Origin: Thermotogota bacterium
GTDB lineage: Bacteria; Thermotogota; Thermotogae; Petrotogales; Petrotogaceae
Assembly (NCBI GenBank): GCA_051748045.1
Contig: JBNJGY010000002.1
Location: 55,498 to 119,497, forward strand
Length of the DNA stretch: 64,000 nucleotides
Direction of reading: 5' to 3'
Shown here: positions 10,873 to 20,234 of the stretch, in pieces
Position numbering within the stretch: position 1 is the stretch's first letter
How the letters are laid out: each line of letters begins with the position of its first letter
Position numbers and translations under genes: made by a program
The notes under the pieces: generated by a model
The model's database searches: none
What the model saw: only the letters and a program-made list of their open reading frames with translations
What the model was told of the DNA's origin: nothing

Positions 10873-11595
10873 ATGGCAATGGATAAAATAGATAAAAAAG
10901 AAAAATTATTTACTTTTCAAAATTTTGCTATAATATTATCATTAATGGCTTTTATATATCTTATTGCCTTTTTCTTGTGGAATACCTATGAACAAACTCT
11001 TAGAAATCAATATTATCATCCTTATATAAAAATTAACGATAGTAATTACATAAGGTTAAAAAGTACAGAGTATGAAGATAAAAATACTTCTATCTCAATT
11101 GAAAAAACAAATTTGGAATACCGATATATTTTTAAATCTGATAAAGGGCAGACAACAATAAAAACTTTTGATCCAAGATTCTATTTTTATGAAAATCAAT
11201 ATTTTTCAGCTTTAGGTTATCCTTCTTATGATTTTAGGGGGATGGAGTTTTCAATTTTATTTAAAGATGGTGAAGAAATAAAATATGTTGTAGTGCCTAA
11301 TGAGAAAATTTTAGACGAGATTGAAGAAATAACAAATAACCTTTTAAATCAAAATATTATTTTAATTAACAAAGTTTTAAAAGAAAATAATTATGTTGAA
11401 AATAAAGATAATATAATTAGTATAAAAAAAGGGAATATATCTTTCAATATAGAGAAAAAAGAAATAAAAAAAATTACTAGCTCAGATAATTATGATTATT
11501 TTTATACTTTACTTGTAGATGGCTTTGAAAAGATATACATTGTTCCAAAAAATGAAAAACATAATTTGATAGAATTGATAATCATAAAAAAATAA
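10873..11595 (+). CDS. Hypothetical single-pass membrane protein
   Basis: One N-terminal TM helix; GAGGT RBS; no recognised motif. Confidence 0.6.
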   Translation: MAMDKIDKKEKLFTFQNFAIILSLMAFIYLIAFFLWNTYEQTLRNQYYHPYIKINDSNYIRLKSTEYEDKNTSISIEKTNLEYRYIFKSDKGQTTIKTFDPRFYFYENQYFSALGYPSYDFRGMEFSILFKDGEEIKYVVVPNEKILDEIEEITNNLLNQNIILINKVLKENNYVENKDNIISIKKGNISFNIEKKEIKKITSSDNYDYFYTLLVDGFEKIYIVPKNEKHNLIELIIIKK

Positions 11596-11619
11596 CTGCT
11601 TAAACGCAGTTATTTTTTT
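11586..11619 (+). terminator. Intrinsic terminator
   Basis: AAAATAACTGC-ttaaac-GCAGTTATTTTTTT. Confidence 0.8.
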
Positions 11620-11736
11620 AATTCCTATGATTAATACAGAAATATTATGAAAATGATTAAAGGTTTAACATAAACTTGGGAAACCACAAGTATTTATGTT
11701 TGAATTTAAATAATTGAAAATGTAGAATATTATAGT

Positions 11737-11764
11737 GAAAAAAATTTCAAGAAAAAAATTTCAA
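11737..11764. repeat. Perfect 14-bp tandem duplication upstream of aspC
   Basis: GAAAAAAATTTCAA twice, directly before the GGAGGT RBS. Confidence 0.7.
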
Positions 11765-11775
11765 GGAGGTATTAT

Positions 11776-12927
11776 ATGAATTTATCAGAAAAAATAAAAT
11801 CCGTAGAACCATCAATAACATTAGCATTAAATGCAAAGGCAATAGAATTAGAACAAAAAGGTGAAGACATAATAAAACTAACTGCAGGAGAACCGGATTT
11901 CAATACACCTGAAGAAATAGTAGAAGCTGCTTATACTGCATTGAAGGAAGGAAAAACAAAATATACTGCATCAAGTGGAATAATAGAATTGAGAGAAAAG
12001 ATAGCAAAATATATTTCAAAAAGGACAAATAATGAATATGGACCTAAAAATGTTGTTGCAACAAACGGAGGTAAACAAGCACTTTTTAATGTACTTATGG
12101 CTATAACTAATCCTGGAGATGAAATAATGGTTTTAGACCCATCATGGGTTAGTTATGAAGCTCAAATAAAAATGACAGGAGGAGAACCAGTTCATGTTCC
12201 ACTTGATTTTGAAAATGGATTCCAACCAGATAAAAATAAAATAGAAAGATATATAACTCCAAGGACAAAAGCAATTTTAATAAATTCTCCTAACAATCCA
12301 ACTGGAATGATATATAGCAAAGAAGCATTAAAAGATATCGCTGATATTGCAAAAGCAAATGAATTATTAGTTATAAGTGATGAAGTCTATGAACTTTTGG
12401 TATATGATGGAACACATTATTCAATCTCTTCATTTGAAGGAATGAAAGAAAGAACAGTTATAATAAATGCTTTTTCTAAAACTTGGGCTATGACAGGTTG
12501 GAGAATTGGTTATGCAGTGGGGCCCGAAGAATTAATGTCACAAATAGGCAAAATACAATCACACTCTACATCAAATGTTTCTACTCCAACTCAATATGCA
12601 GCGTTAAAAGCTTTTGATGTTGATGTTTACCCTATGTTCCAAGAGTTTAAAAAGAGAAGAGATTATGTAGCAAGTAGACTAGATAAAATGACTCTTAAAT
12701 TCAATAAGCCTAAAGGAGCTTTTTATTTCTTTATATCGGTCGATGAATTTGGTTACAATGATAAAGAATTTGCTGAAAAATTATTATCAGATGTTGGACT
12801 GGCTGTAGTACCAGGATCTGGATTTTACAAAAAAGGATTCATAAGAATTTCTTTTGCAACCTCTCAAGAAAATTTAGAAAAAGCTTTAAATAGATTAGAA
12901 AAATTTATAGAAAAATTCAGAGGGTGA
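11776..12927 (+). CDS. aspC: Aspartate aminotransferase (class I, PLP-dependent)
   Basis: GEPDF, NSPNNPTG, SDEVY, SKTWAMTGWRIG. Confidence 0.92.
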   Translation: MNLSEKIKSVEPSITLALNAKAIELEQKGEDIIKLTAGEPDFNTPEEIVEAAYTALKEGKTKYTASSGIIELREKIAKYISKRTNNEYGPKNVVATNGGKQALFNVLMAITNPGDEIMVLDPSWVSYEAQIKMTGGEPVHVPLDFENGFQPDKNKIERYITPRTKAILINSPNNPTGMIYSKEALKDIADIAKANELLVISDEVYELLVYDGTHYSISSFEGMKERTVIINAFSKTWAMTGWRIGYAVGPEELMSQIGKIQSHSTSNVSTPTQYAALKAFDVDVYPMFQEFKKRRDYVASRLDKMTLKFNKPKGAFYFFISVDEFGYNDKEFAEKLLSDVGLAVVPGSGFYKKGFIRISFATSQENLEKALNRLEKFIEKFRG

Positions 12928-12932
12928 TTTAA

Positions 12933-14288
12933 TTGAAATTTGATTTACTGGTTGCTGAAATTGGAAGTACCACTACAGTTGTTACTGCTTTTGATAATAT
13001 AACAACTAAAACTCCTAAAGTTATCGGCCAAGCTGAACATTATACTACTGTAAAAGAAGGCGATGTAACTATAGGAATTTTTAATGCTATAAAAAGGTTG
13101 GAAAACAAATTAAAAGAAAAAATAAAGTGGGAAAAGTTTATAGCTAGTTCATCAGCAGCTGGTGGGTTAAAAATAACAGTACATGGTTTAGTTTATGATA
13201 TGACAGTTAGAGCTGCGAGAGAAGCTGCTTTAGGAGCTGGCGGGGTTCTGAAATATGTCACTTCAGGTAAAATGAGAAAAAGACATTTAGATAATATACA
13301 AAAATTCGATCCTAAAATGATTCTTTTGGCTGGAGGAGTCGATTATGGAGAAGAAGATACAATACTTCATAATGCTGAACTAATATCTGATATGGATATA
13401 AATGTTCCGATTGTGTATGCTGGTAATTCTAATGTTGCAGAAGAAGCTAAAGAAATATTAGAAGAAAAAGGAAAACAGGTAATTATTACAGAAAATGTAT
13501 ATCCAAAGGTAGATCAATTAAATGTACAACCTGCGAGAAGAATAATCCAAGAGTTATTCTCAAAAAATATTATTCATGCACCTGGAATGGAAAAAATATA
13601 TGATATAGTAGATGAAGAAATAATTCCAACTCCTGGATCTGTAATGTTGACCTCTGAACTTTTAGCTGAGGAATATGATGATGTATTAGTAGTAGATATT
13701 GGTGGTGCTACAACAGATGTTGATTCAGTAACTGAAGGAGAACCAGAAATACAAAAAATACTTTTATCCCCAGAACCTGTAAGCAAAAGAACGGTTGAAG
13801 GAGATATGGGATTATTTGTAAATGCAGAAAATGTTTATGATATGTTGGATAAAAAAGAATTAGAAAATCAATTTCCAAATCATGATGAATTAATAAAAAA
13901 GATGAATCCCTATCCTGGAAATGAAGAAATGGAAAATTTTACAGCTCATATGGCTAGAAAGTGTTTTTCTGAGTCTATTATTAGGCATTCAGGTTCCATA
14001 AAATATTTATTTGGGCCAAATGGTAGACAAAAAATAGCCCAAGGAAAAGATTTAACAGCTATAAAATATATTTTTGGAACTGGTGGGATACTAACTCGAT
14101 CAAGACATAGAGATTTTATCATGAATTCAATAAAAGAATTAGATAGACCTAATAAATTAGTTCCTGGCAAAAAAGTTAAATTAGCTTATGACAAATACTA
14201 TATATTTGCTGCACTGGGAGTTTTATCCACAGTCGATAAACAAGCAGCAAAAAATATTTTACTTCAGGATATTGAATGGATAGACTAA
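12933..14288 (+). CDS. GlmL/MutL-type reactivating factor for B12 aminomutases (ASKHA fold)
   Basis: LVAEIGSTTT, SSSAAGGL, AREAALGAG, DIGGATTDV, RTVEGDMG. Confidence 0.85.
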   Translation: MKFDLLVAEIGSTTTVVTAFDNITTKTPKVIGQAEHYTTVKEGDVTIGIFNAIKRLENKLKEKIKWEKFIASSSAAGGLKITVHGLVYDMTVRAAREAALGAGGVLKYVTSGKMRKRHLDNIQKFDPKMILLAGGVDYGEEDTILHNAELISDMDINVPIVYAGNSNVAEEAKEILEEKGKQVIITENVYPKVDQLNVQPARRIIQELFSKNIIHAPGMEKIYDIVDEEIIPTPGSVMLTSELLAEEYDDVLVVDIGGATTDVDSVTEGEPEIQKILLSPEPVSKRTVEGDMGLFVNAENVYDMLDKKELENQFPNHDELIKKMNPYPGNEEMENFTAHMARKCFSESIIRHSGSIKYLFGPNGRQKIAQGKDLTAIKYIFGTGGILTRSRHRDFIMNSIKELDRPNKLVPGKKVKLAYDKYYIFAALGVLSTVDKQAAKNILLQDIEWID

Positions 14289-14316
14289 AGAAGAAGAGGC
14301 ATTCGCCTCTTCTTTT
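14287..14316. terminator. Bidirectional terminator
   Basis: AAGAAGAGGC-attc-GCCTCTTCTT between convergent genes. Confidence 0.85.
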
Positions 14317-15166
14317 ATTTTAATAATTCATTTAATTTTTTAATTTCATTTTTGTGAGTATCATCATCACCAGGTGTTTCCAGTATAAAAGGAATTTCTT
14401 TCAGCTTTTGATTATTTATTATATTTCTGATACCTTTTTCACCAATATAACCTTTCCCTATATTGGCGTGTCTATCTTTTCCTTCATTTAATTTTGACTT
14501 TGAATCGTTTAAATGAATAAATTTTAAATTATTATAACCAAAATTATCATCCATTTTTTTTAAAAGAATATCTACATCTTCTTCATTTCTCAAATCATAA
14601 TTACTATCAAACCCATGACAAGTATCGTAAACAAAACTTAAGTATTCGTTATGTTTATAACTCTCGAAAATTTTTCCAATTTGTTCTAATTTATATCCAA
14701 AATTATTTCCTTTTTCAGAAGAGTTTTCAAGGCAAATATTTAGATTCAAATCTACAGAATTATAAACTTCGTTTAATGCTTCAACAATTCTATTTAATGC
14801 ATAATCTTCGCCTTTGCCTAAATGAGAACCACAATGTATATTATAATGTTTAATTCCTAATTTTTGGACTGCATTTATTTCTTCTACCATGCTTTTAATA
14901 GATTTTTCCCAAGTATCTTCTTTTGGTGAGGCTAAATTAATTAAATAATTAGAATGAACTAATATTTTATCCATAGATATAGAGTATCTTTTCATATTTT
15001 TTTTAAAAGTGTTTACCGTACTATTGTCAATATTTGGAGATTTCCATGTTCTTGGGGATTTAACGAAAATTTGAAAAGTATTTCCATTAATATTTGAAAT
15101 TGCCTCTGGTACATTTTCAATACCATTAGATATTTTCATATGTGCTCCAAAATAAATAATCATCAT
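14315..15166 (-). CDS. nfo: Endonuclease IV
   Basis: GAH, HSNYLINLAS, DTCH, HLNDSK, DRHANIG, ILETP. Confidence 0.95.
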   Translation of the reverse strand: MMIIYFGAHMKISNGIENVPEAISNINGNTFQIFVKSPRTWKSPNIDNSTVNTFKKNMKRYSISMDKILVHSNYLINLASPKEDTWEKSIKSMVEEINAVQKLGIKHYNIHCGSHLGKGEDYALNRIVEALNEVYNSVDLNLNICLENSSEKGNNFGYKLEQIGKIFESYKHNEYLSFVYDTCHGFDSNYDLRNEEDVDILLKKMDDNFGYNNLKFIHLNDSKSKLNEGKDRHANIGKGYIGEKGIRNIINNQKLKEIPFILETPGDDDTHKNEIKKLNELLK

Positions 15167-15176
15167 CTCCTTTTAT

Positions 15177-15208
15177 ATAAAAAAACTCCAGTATATATAC
15201 TGGAGTTT
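15177..15208 (-). terminator. Terminator of the tRNA operon
   Basis: AAACTCCAGTATA/TATACTGGAGTTT inverted repeat with minus-strand U tract, right after the tRNA-Phe 3' end. Confidence 0.8.
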
Positions 15209-15209
15209 G

Positions 15210-15285
<76 letters not shown>

Positions 15286-15298
15286 ATAAATAAAAAAA

Positions 15299-15373
15299 TG
15301 GTGGGCGCTGCAGGGATTGAACCTACGACCCTCTGCTTGTAAGGCAGATGCTCTCCCGCTGAGCTAAGCGCCC
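15299..15373 (-). tRNA. tRNA-Val (TAC)
   Basis: GGGCGCTTAGCTCAGCGGGAGAGCATCTGCCT-TAC-AAGCAGAGGGTCGTAGGTTCAATCCCTGCAGCGCCCACCA. Confidence 0.98.
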
Positions 15374-15385
15374 ACTTTTAAGTGG

Positions 15386-15461
15386 TGGCGCCCCCAACCA
15401 GATTCGAACTGGTGTCTTTGGCGTGAAAGGCCAATGTCCTAGGCCTCTAGACGATGGGGGC
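15386..15461 (-). tRNA. tRNA-Glu (TTC)
   Basis: GCCCCCATCGTCTAGAGGCCTAGGACATTGGCCT-TTC-ACGCCAAAGACACCAGTTCGAATCTGGTTGGGGGCGCCA. Confidence 0.98.
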
Positions 15462-15482
15462 ATCAGTTGATAACCGAAGTAA

Positions 15483-15511
15483 ATAATACCATAGATTATC
15501 TCAGCTGTCAA
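15483..15511 (-). promoter_or_regulatory. Sigma70 promoter of the tRNA operon
   Basis: TTGACA-17 bp-TATTAT with extended -10 TG. Confidence 0.85.
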
Positions 15512-15545
15512 GCAGTTCATATTATATTAATTAAAATAATATAAT

Positions 15546-16433
15546 TTAGTAAATTAACTCTCTAGCATTTTTTAAGTCTTTATTCATTGCTTCTATTAAC
15601 TTTTTCTCATCATCAAATTTAACTTCATCTCTCATAAAATCTAAAATTTCAATTTTCACATGTTTATTATATATATCTTGATCAAAATCTAAAAAGAATA
15701 CTTCAACTTTTGGGATTTTTTTATTTTCAAAATAAGTTGGTCTTACTCCAACATTCATCAATCCCCAATATTTTTTATCCATACTTTCTATTTTTCCTTT
15801 AACTAGATAAACACCATATTTCGGGAAAATTATATCTTCTTTATATCTAATATCAATATTTGCAGTAGGGAATCCTAATTTTTTACCTATGTGTCTATCT
15901 TCATACACAGGACCTTCTAAAGTCCAAGTTTTTTCAAGCATCTTGTTAGTAAGTTGAATATCTCCTTTTTTAATAGCGTTTCTAATCATCGTAGAACTAA
16001 TTCTACTACCTTTATTTTTTAAATCGTGTAAAATATTAACATTTATCCCGTATTCATTAGCATGCTTTAATAAAAATGAAGTATTTCCGACAGCACCTCT
16101 TCCAAATTTAAAATCTTCTCCACATACAATAGATTTTACGTTTCTTTTTTTTAAAATCTCTAAATAATCATAATGAGTTATGTTCCAAACGTTCTCCATA
16201 TCTATAATTTCTACTTCTATGCCTAGTTTTTTTATAAAGTTTTTTCTTTCCCAAGAAGGATAGATTAATCCTTTAAAACCATTTACATATTGACTTATAG
16301 GGTATCTTAACATAATAGAGAGAGGTTTTAAATTATTCTTTTTTGCATTTTCTATATTTTTATTTAGTATGTATTTATGTCCCTTGTGAACTCCATCAAA
16401 AGTTCCGACAGCTACAGAATACAATTTTTTCAC
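15546..16433 (-). CDS. ribF: Bifunctional riboflavin kinase/FAD synthetase
   Basis: GTFDGVHKGH, ISSTMIR, LGFPTAN, NVGVRPT. Confidence 0.95.
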   Translation of the reverse strand: MKKLYSVAVGTFDGVHKGHKYILNKNIENAKKNNLKPLSIMLRYPISQYVNGFKGLIYPSWERKNFIKKLGIEVEIIDMENVWNITHYDYLEILKKRNVKSIVCGEDFKFGRGAVGNTSFLLKHANEYGINVNILHDLKNKGSRISSTMIRNAIKKGDIQLTNKMLEKTWTLEGPVYEDRHIGKKLGFPTANIDIRYKEDIIFPKYGVYLVKGKIESMDKKYWGLMNVGVRPTYFENKKIPKVEVFFLDFDQDIYNKHVKIEILDFMRDEVKFDDEKKLIEAMNKDLKNARELIY

Positions 16434-17365
16434 CTCTGGTTAAAAATCTTATACAGTTTTGCAACTCTTTCAAAACTCTCACTATTTTTTTTCAAAAGAG
16501 TATTCATATATTTTGAAGTTCTTTCAGTTTTAGCAAATCCAATAAACTTATCTTCTTCATTAAAAATTTTTATAAATTCACCCTTTTTGAAGTTGTACTT
16601 TGTATCCATTATATTATTAATATAAACATGAATTCCATTTTCAATTTTATAACCATATTTAACTTTTATTTCAGGCATTTCTAAATAATCAGTTGGATCT
16701 AATAACTTATCATAACTAATATTTTCTGGTTTAATAGATTTTTTTAATTCGAATTTTTCAATTGCGGTTCTTTTTAGTTTTTTAGTTACAGCACCGCAGC
16801 CAAGATTATACCCTATATCCATAATTAAACTCCTTATGTAGGTTCCTGAAGAAACTTCTACATCAAATTCGAAAGTTTGGTTATCAATATTAATGTTTTC
16901 TATTTTTTTTATATGAACTTCTTTTGGAGGTAAATTAATGATTTTACCTTGTCTTGCATATTCATACAATCTCTTACCCTTGTATCTTCTGGCGGAATAT
17001 GCGGGTGGAATTTGTTGGGAATAACCTACGAAACTATTTATTGTTTTGAAAAGTAAATTTTTTTGATTTTCAGTTACAATATTTTTTTCTTTTATGGTTC
17101 CAGTCATATCGTATGTATCTGTTATGATACCAAGCTCTGCTATTACATGGTATGTTTTATATGAATTTTGAAAAAACTCAATGAATTTAGTACCTTGATT
17201 AACTGCTAAAACCATAACTCCTTCTGCAAACGGATCTAATGTTCCTGTGTGACCTATTTTTTTTGTTTGAAGCTCTTTTCTTGCTATATCAACTAAATCA
17301 TGTGATGTAATATTCTTGGGTTTCTCAATATTCAAAAAACCTGATTTATTCATCAGTTTTATCAT
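16430..17365 (-). CDS. truB: tRNA pseudouridine(55) synthase
   Basis: KIGHTGTLDPFAEG, PPAYSA, SGTYIRSL. Confidence 0.96.
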   Translation of the reverse strand: MIKLMNKSGFLNIEKPKNITSHDLVDIARKELQTKKIGHTGTLDPFAEGVMVLAVNQGTKFIEFFQNSYKTYHVIAELGIITDTYDMTGTIKEKNIVTENQKNLLFKTINSFVGYSQQIPPAYSARRYKGKRLYEYARQGKIINLPPKEVHIKKIENINIDNQTFEFDVEVSSGTYIRSLIMDIGYNLGCGAVTKKLKRTAIEKFELKKSIKPENISYDKLLDPTDYLEMPEIKVKYGYKIENGIHVYINNIMDTKYNFKKGEFIKIFNEEDKFIGFAKTERTSKYMNTLLKKNSESFERVAKLYKIFNQR

Positions 17366-17726
17366 CCTTGTTATCCTCTTCTTGTTGACTATATTCTACT
17401 TTATCAAGCAATTCATGTACTTTAACACTGGCTTGAAGACCTTTGTCAATATGGAACCTTACTTCAGGTACTTTAAACATTCTAATATTTTCAGCTATCA
17501 CTTTTCTGAAGAAACCTTGAGCTTTATTTAATTTTTTTACAATTTTTTCAATATCTCCATCAAGAGCTGAAACATAAACATCTACATAAGATTTATCTTT
17601 TGCTAACTTAACATGATTTGTGTTAATCATATGACCACGTACTTCAGGATCTCTTAAGGAGTAATATGATTTATTGAATAATTTCATAATTTCTGATTCG
17701 ATCATTTTTTTTCTGAACTCAGACAT
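17346..17726 (-). CDS. rbfA: Ribosome-binding factor A
   Basis: LRDP, A(K)GFFR, VPEVRFHID; directly upstream of truB. Confidence 0.92.
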   Translation of the reverse strand: MSEFRKKMIESEIMKLFNKSYYSLRDPEVRGHMINTNHVKLAKDKSYVDVYVSALDGDIEKIVKKLNKAQGFFRKVIAENIRMFKVPEVRFHIDKGLQASVKVHELLDKVEYSQQEEDNKDDKTDE

Positions 17727-18612
17727 TTTCATCTACCTCCATATCATCTACTATTCCGTCTATATTCATAAATTCCTCTGATTCATCAATTTTTTTCTTC
17801 AAAGCTTCTACATAATTAAAATACTTCTTAGGATTTAATCCGAGGTTATTCCAAGAATTCGTATCAGGAACTTCTATTCCAAAATTCCCAGAATATCCAT
17901 AATAAAGGGTATTTGTTGTGATGTTTGCTATATGAATAATTTGAACTATCATTTTCGAGTTATCGTCAGTTAAATTATCTACTGAGTCATGAAACCCTGC
18001 AGAATTAATAATTAAATCAGATAATCCCCATTGTTTAAATAGTAATTTTCCTATAGATTCATGTGAATAAGATTCCAATAGTTCTTCAGCTTTTTTAAAA
18101 CTTATTTTTTTGTGATTGGCGACTTTTATAATCATTTCGAAAGATTCTGGCATAATATTAGACATTGCAATTTTCCCTAAATCATGTAACAAACCAGCTA
18201 AAAATGCTTCTTCTCTTTCTGGAAAATTAATAGTTTTAGCCAATAATTCTGCACCTATAGCTGTTGCCATGAGATGAGTCCAAAATTTTTTTGTGTTGAA
18301 AAAATCATATTCATTCCTAAAAAAGTTTTTAACAGTGAATATGCTCATTGCTAGATTTCTAACAGTTTTAAATCCTAATATATTAATTGCTTGAGATAAT
18401 TTTGTTATTTTTCTAGGTAATGCATAATATGCTGAATTAGACAGCTTTAAAATTTTTGCACTAAGAGATGGGGATTCCAAAACAGCTGCATTCAAGTCTT
18501 TTACACTCGAGTTAGGATCAGAAGCAATATTTATAATTCTTTGGACTATAAAATCTGGTGTTGGTAATTCTTCAATTTTTTTTGATATAACTGAAATTGA
18601 AACTTTACTCAT
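17719..18612 (-). CDS. HDOD domain protein
   Basis: LPTP, KILKLSNSAYY, AINILG, LAGLLHDLGK. Confidence 0.9.
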   Translation of the reverse strand: MSKVSISVISKKIEELPTPDFIVQRIINIASDPNSSVKDLNAAVLESPSLSAKILKLSNSAYYALPRKITKLSQAINILGFKTVRNLAMSIFTVKNFFRNEYDFFNTKKFWTHLMATAIGAELLAKTINFPEREEAFLAGLLHDLGKIAMSNIMPESFEMIIKVANHKKISFKKAEELLESYSHESIGKLLFKQWGLSDLIINSAGFHDSVDNLTDDNSKMIVQIIHIANITTNTLYYGYSGNFGIEVPDTNSWNNLGLNPKKYFNYVEALKKKIDESEEFMNIDGIVDDMEVDENV

Positions 18613-20077
18613 TTTCAACACCTCTTGGAATTGTTAATGTAAAAGTAGATCCTTCTCCAAGTTCTGTATCTAGCTCAATAGTTCCATCATGTAATTCAAC
18701 CATATCTTTAACTATAGATAAACCTACACCTGTCCCTTGTATTTCATAAGTTAATGAAGTATCTGATCTATAAAACTTATCAAATATTTTTTCTTTATCT
18801 TCTGATTTTATACCTATACTATTGTCTTTTATTTTAATAATTATATTATTATCATTTATTTCTGTAGTTATTTTAACGAACTTATTATTTTTTTCATTAT
18901 CAGAATATTTAATTGCATTTTGAATTAAATTAAATATTACTTGTCTCATTCTTGTTCTATCCATAAAAACTTCAATAGGTTCTTCGTTTTCAAATTCAAC
19001 ATCAACTTTGTTATTATTAGCGAATTCTTCTAAGGTATTACAGATTTCTTGTATTAATTCATTAATATTGAAATTAGTTTTTTCTAAATTTAAAGTTTTT
19101 AACTCTAATTTTGAAAAATCTAAAAGATCATTTAAAAGGCGGCTAAGATGGTTTGTTTCACTTTGTATAGTTTTAAAAAACTCTATTAATGTCTCATTGT
19201 CAAGCATCTCATAAGAGTCTATAATAGTATCAGAGTAAGCTTTTATTGCTGAGAGTGGTGTTCTCAATTCATGAGACATCATAGATAAGAATTCCATTTT
19301 CATCTTGTCAATTTTTTTCATCTTTTCTAGTTCTTTTGTGCCACTTATATCCCTTATGACTAAAAGAACATTTTTTTCATTTTCAAATTCAAGAAAATTA
19401 GAATCAATGGAATAAAACTTATCCTCAATTTCTTTTTCTTCAGATTGGTTTTTTTCTGTATCTAAAGTTCTTTGAATAATAGAGTTTAATTTTTCTTGTA
19501 ATACCTCATCAAGATTATCGTATTTCTCATTTTTAAAATTAATATCTTTGTTTTCTGAAAATACAACTATAGAATCATTAGTTGAATTCAAAATGCTATT
19601 TAGAAAATTCTTATTTTTTTCTATGATAAAATTTTTATTTAATATTTTATCATATAGAACTAAGTTCTCAAATAAATTTCCTGTCATGAAAGATATAATT
19701 CTGAAAAGCATCATCATTTCATTAGAAAAATCATCTTTTTTAGTTATTGCGGTATAAACAAAGTGTTTAGTATTTAAACTAAAAACAGGTACAAAAATGT
19801 ATGAAAAATTCTCTTCTGGGAAGATAGAGACATCCAAATTATTATTTGACCATATAACCATGTCTTCTATATCTGAGTTATAAGATGTTTTAAATATCTC
19901 ATGTACTTTTTCATCTTTAGAAATTTTAAAGAAAAACTCTTTATCAATATCAATAATTCCATTTGATATTTTTGATAAAGTTTTATAAGCTGAGTCTAAA
20001 TCATTAACTTTTGATATTTCCATTATAATATTAGATAAATTAGAATAGAAAGATGATTCTTTAACTTTTTCAACCAT
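18605..20077 (-). CDS. Sensor histidine kinase (HK853-like)
   Basis: H-box SHELRTPLSAIKAY, N-box NLIQNAIKY, FYRSDTSLTYEIQGTGVGL; degenerate PAS before the H-box. Confidence 0.93.
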   Translation of the reverse strand: MVEKVKESSFYSNLSNIIMEISKVNDLDSAYKTLSKISNGIIDIDKEFFFKISKDEKVHEIFKTSYNSDIEDMVIWSNNNLDVSIFPEENFSYIFVPVFSLNTKHFVYTAITKKDDFSNEMMMLFRIISFMTGNLFENLVLYDKILNKNFIIEKNKNFLNSILNSTNDSIVVFSENKDINFKNEKYDNLDEVLQEKLNSIIQRTLDTEKNQSEEKEIEDKFYSIDSNFLEFENEKNVLLVIRDISGTKELEKMKKIDKMKMEFLSMMSHELRTPLSAIKAYSDTIIDSYEMLDNETLIEFFKTIQSETNHLSRLLNDLLDFSKLELKTLNLEKTNFNINELIQEICNTLEEFANNNKVDVEFENEEPIEVFMDRTRMRQVIFNLIQNAIKYSDNEKNNKFVKITTEINDNNIIIKIKDNSIGIKSEDKEKIFDKFYRSDTSLTYEIQGTGVGLSIVKDMVELHDGTIELDTELGEGSTFTLTIPRGVENE

Positions 20078-20109
20078 AGTAAACCCCTTCTTATAGATTA
20101 ATCCATTTA

Positions 20110-20137
20110 ATTATACCTTATAGAATGATTAATACAA
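20110..20137 (-). promoter_or_regulatory. Putative sigma70 promoter of the kinase-rbfA operon
   Basis: TTGTAT-16 bp-TATAAT. Confidence 0.45.
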
Positions 20138-20195
20138 AATAAATTCATTTAATCATTAATTGAATTTTTTAATGAATATCACTTTCACTGTCAAA

Positions 20196-20204
20196 TGATA
20201 TAAT
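20196..20204 (+). promoter_or_regulatory. Extended -10 promoter element of mgtE
   Basis: TGATATAAT about 30 bp before the ATG. Confidence 0.5.
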
Positions 20205-20234
20205 TGTATGAGATAGAAAAAGGAGGTTCAAAAA

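Noticed and set aside
12933-14288. DNA mismatch repair MutL
   Set aside because: No GHKL ATPase motifs; this is the unrelated GlmL/MutL mutase-reactivase family
15323-15520. 65-aa minus-strand ORF
   Set aside because: It overlaps tRNA-Glu, tRNA-Val and their promoter, so it is a spurious translation of tRNA genes
20078-20234. Possible M-box riboswitch upstream of mgtE; AATGATTAA/TTAATCATT inverted repeat
   Set aside because: The spacer is short and AT-rich, and a -10 element sits ~30 bp from the ATG, leaving no room for an aptamer; a 9-bp AT-rich repeat is expected by chance
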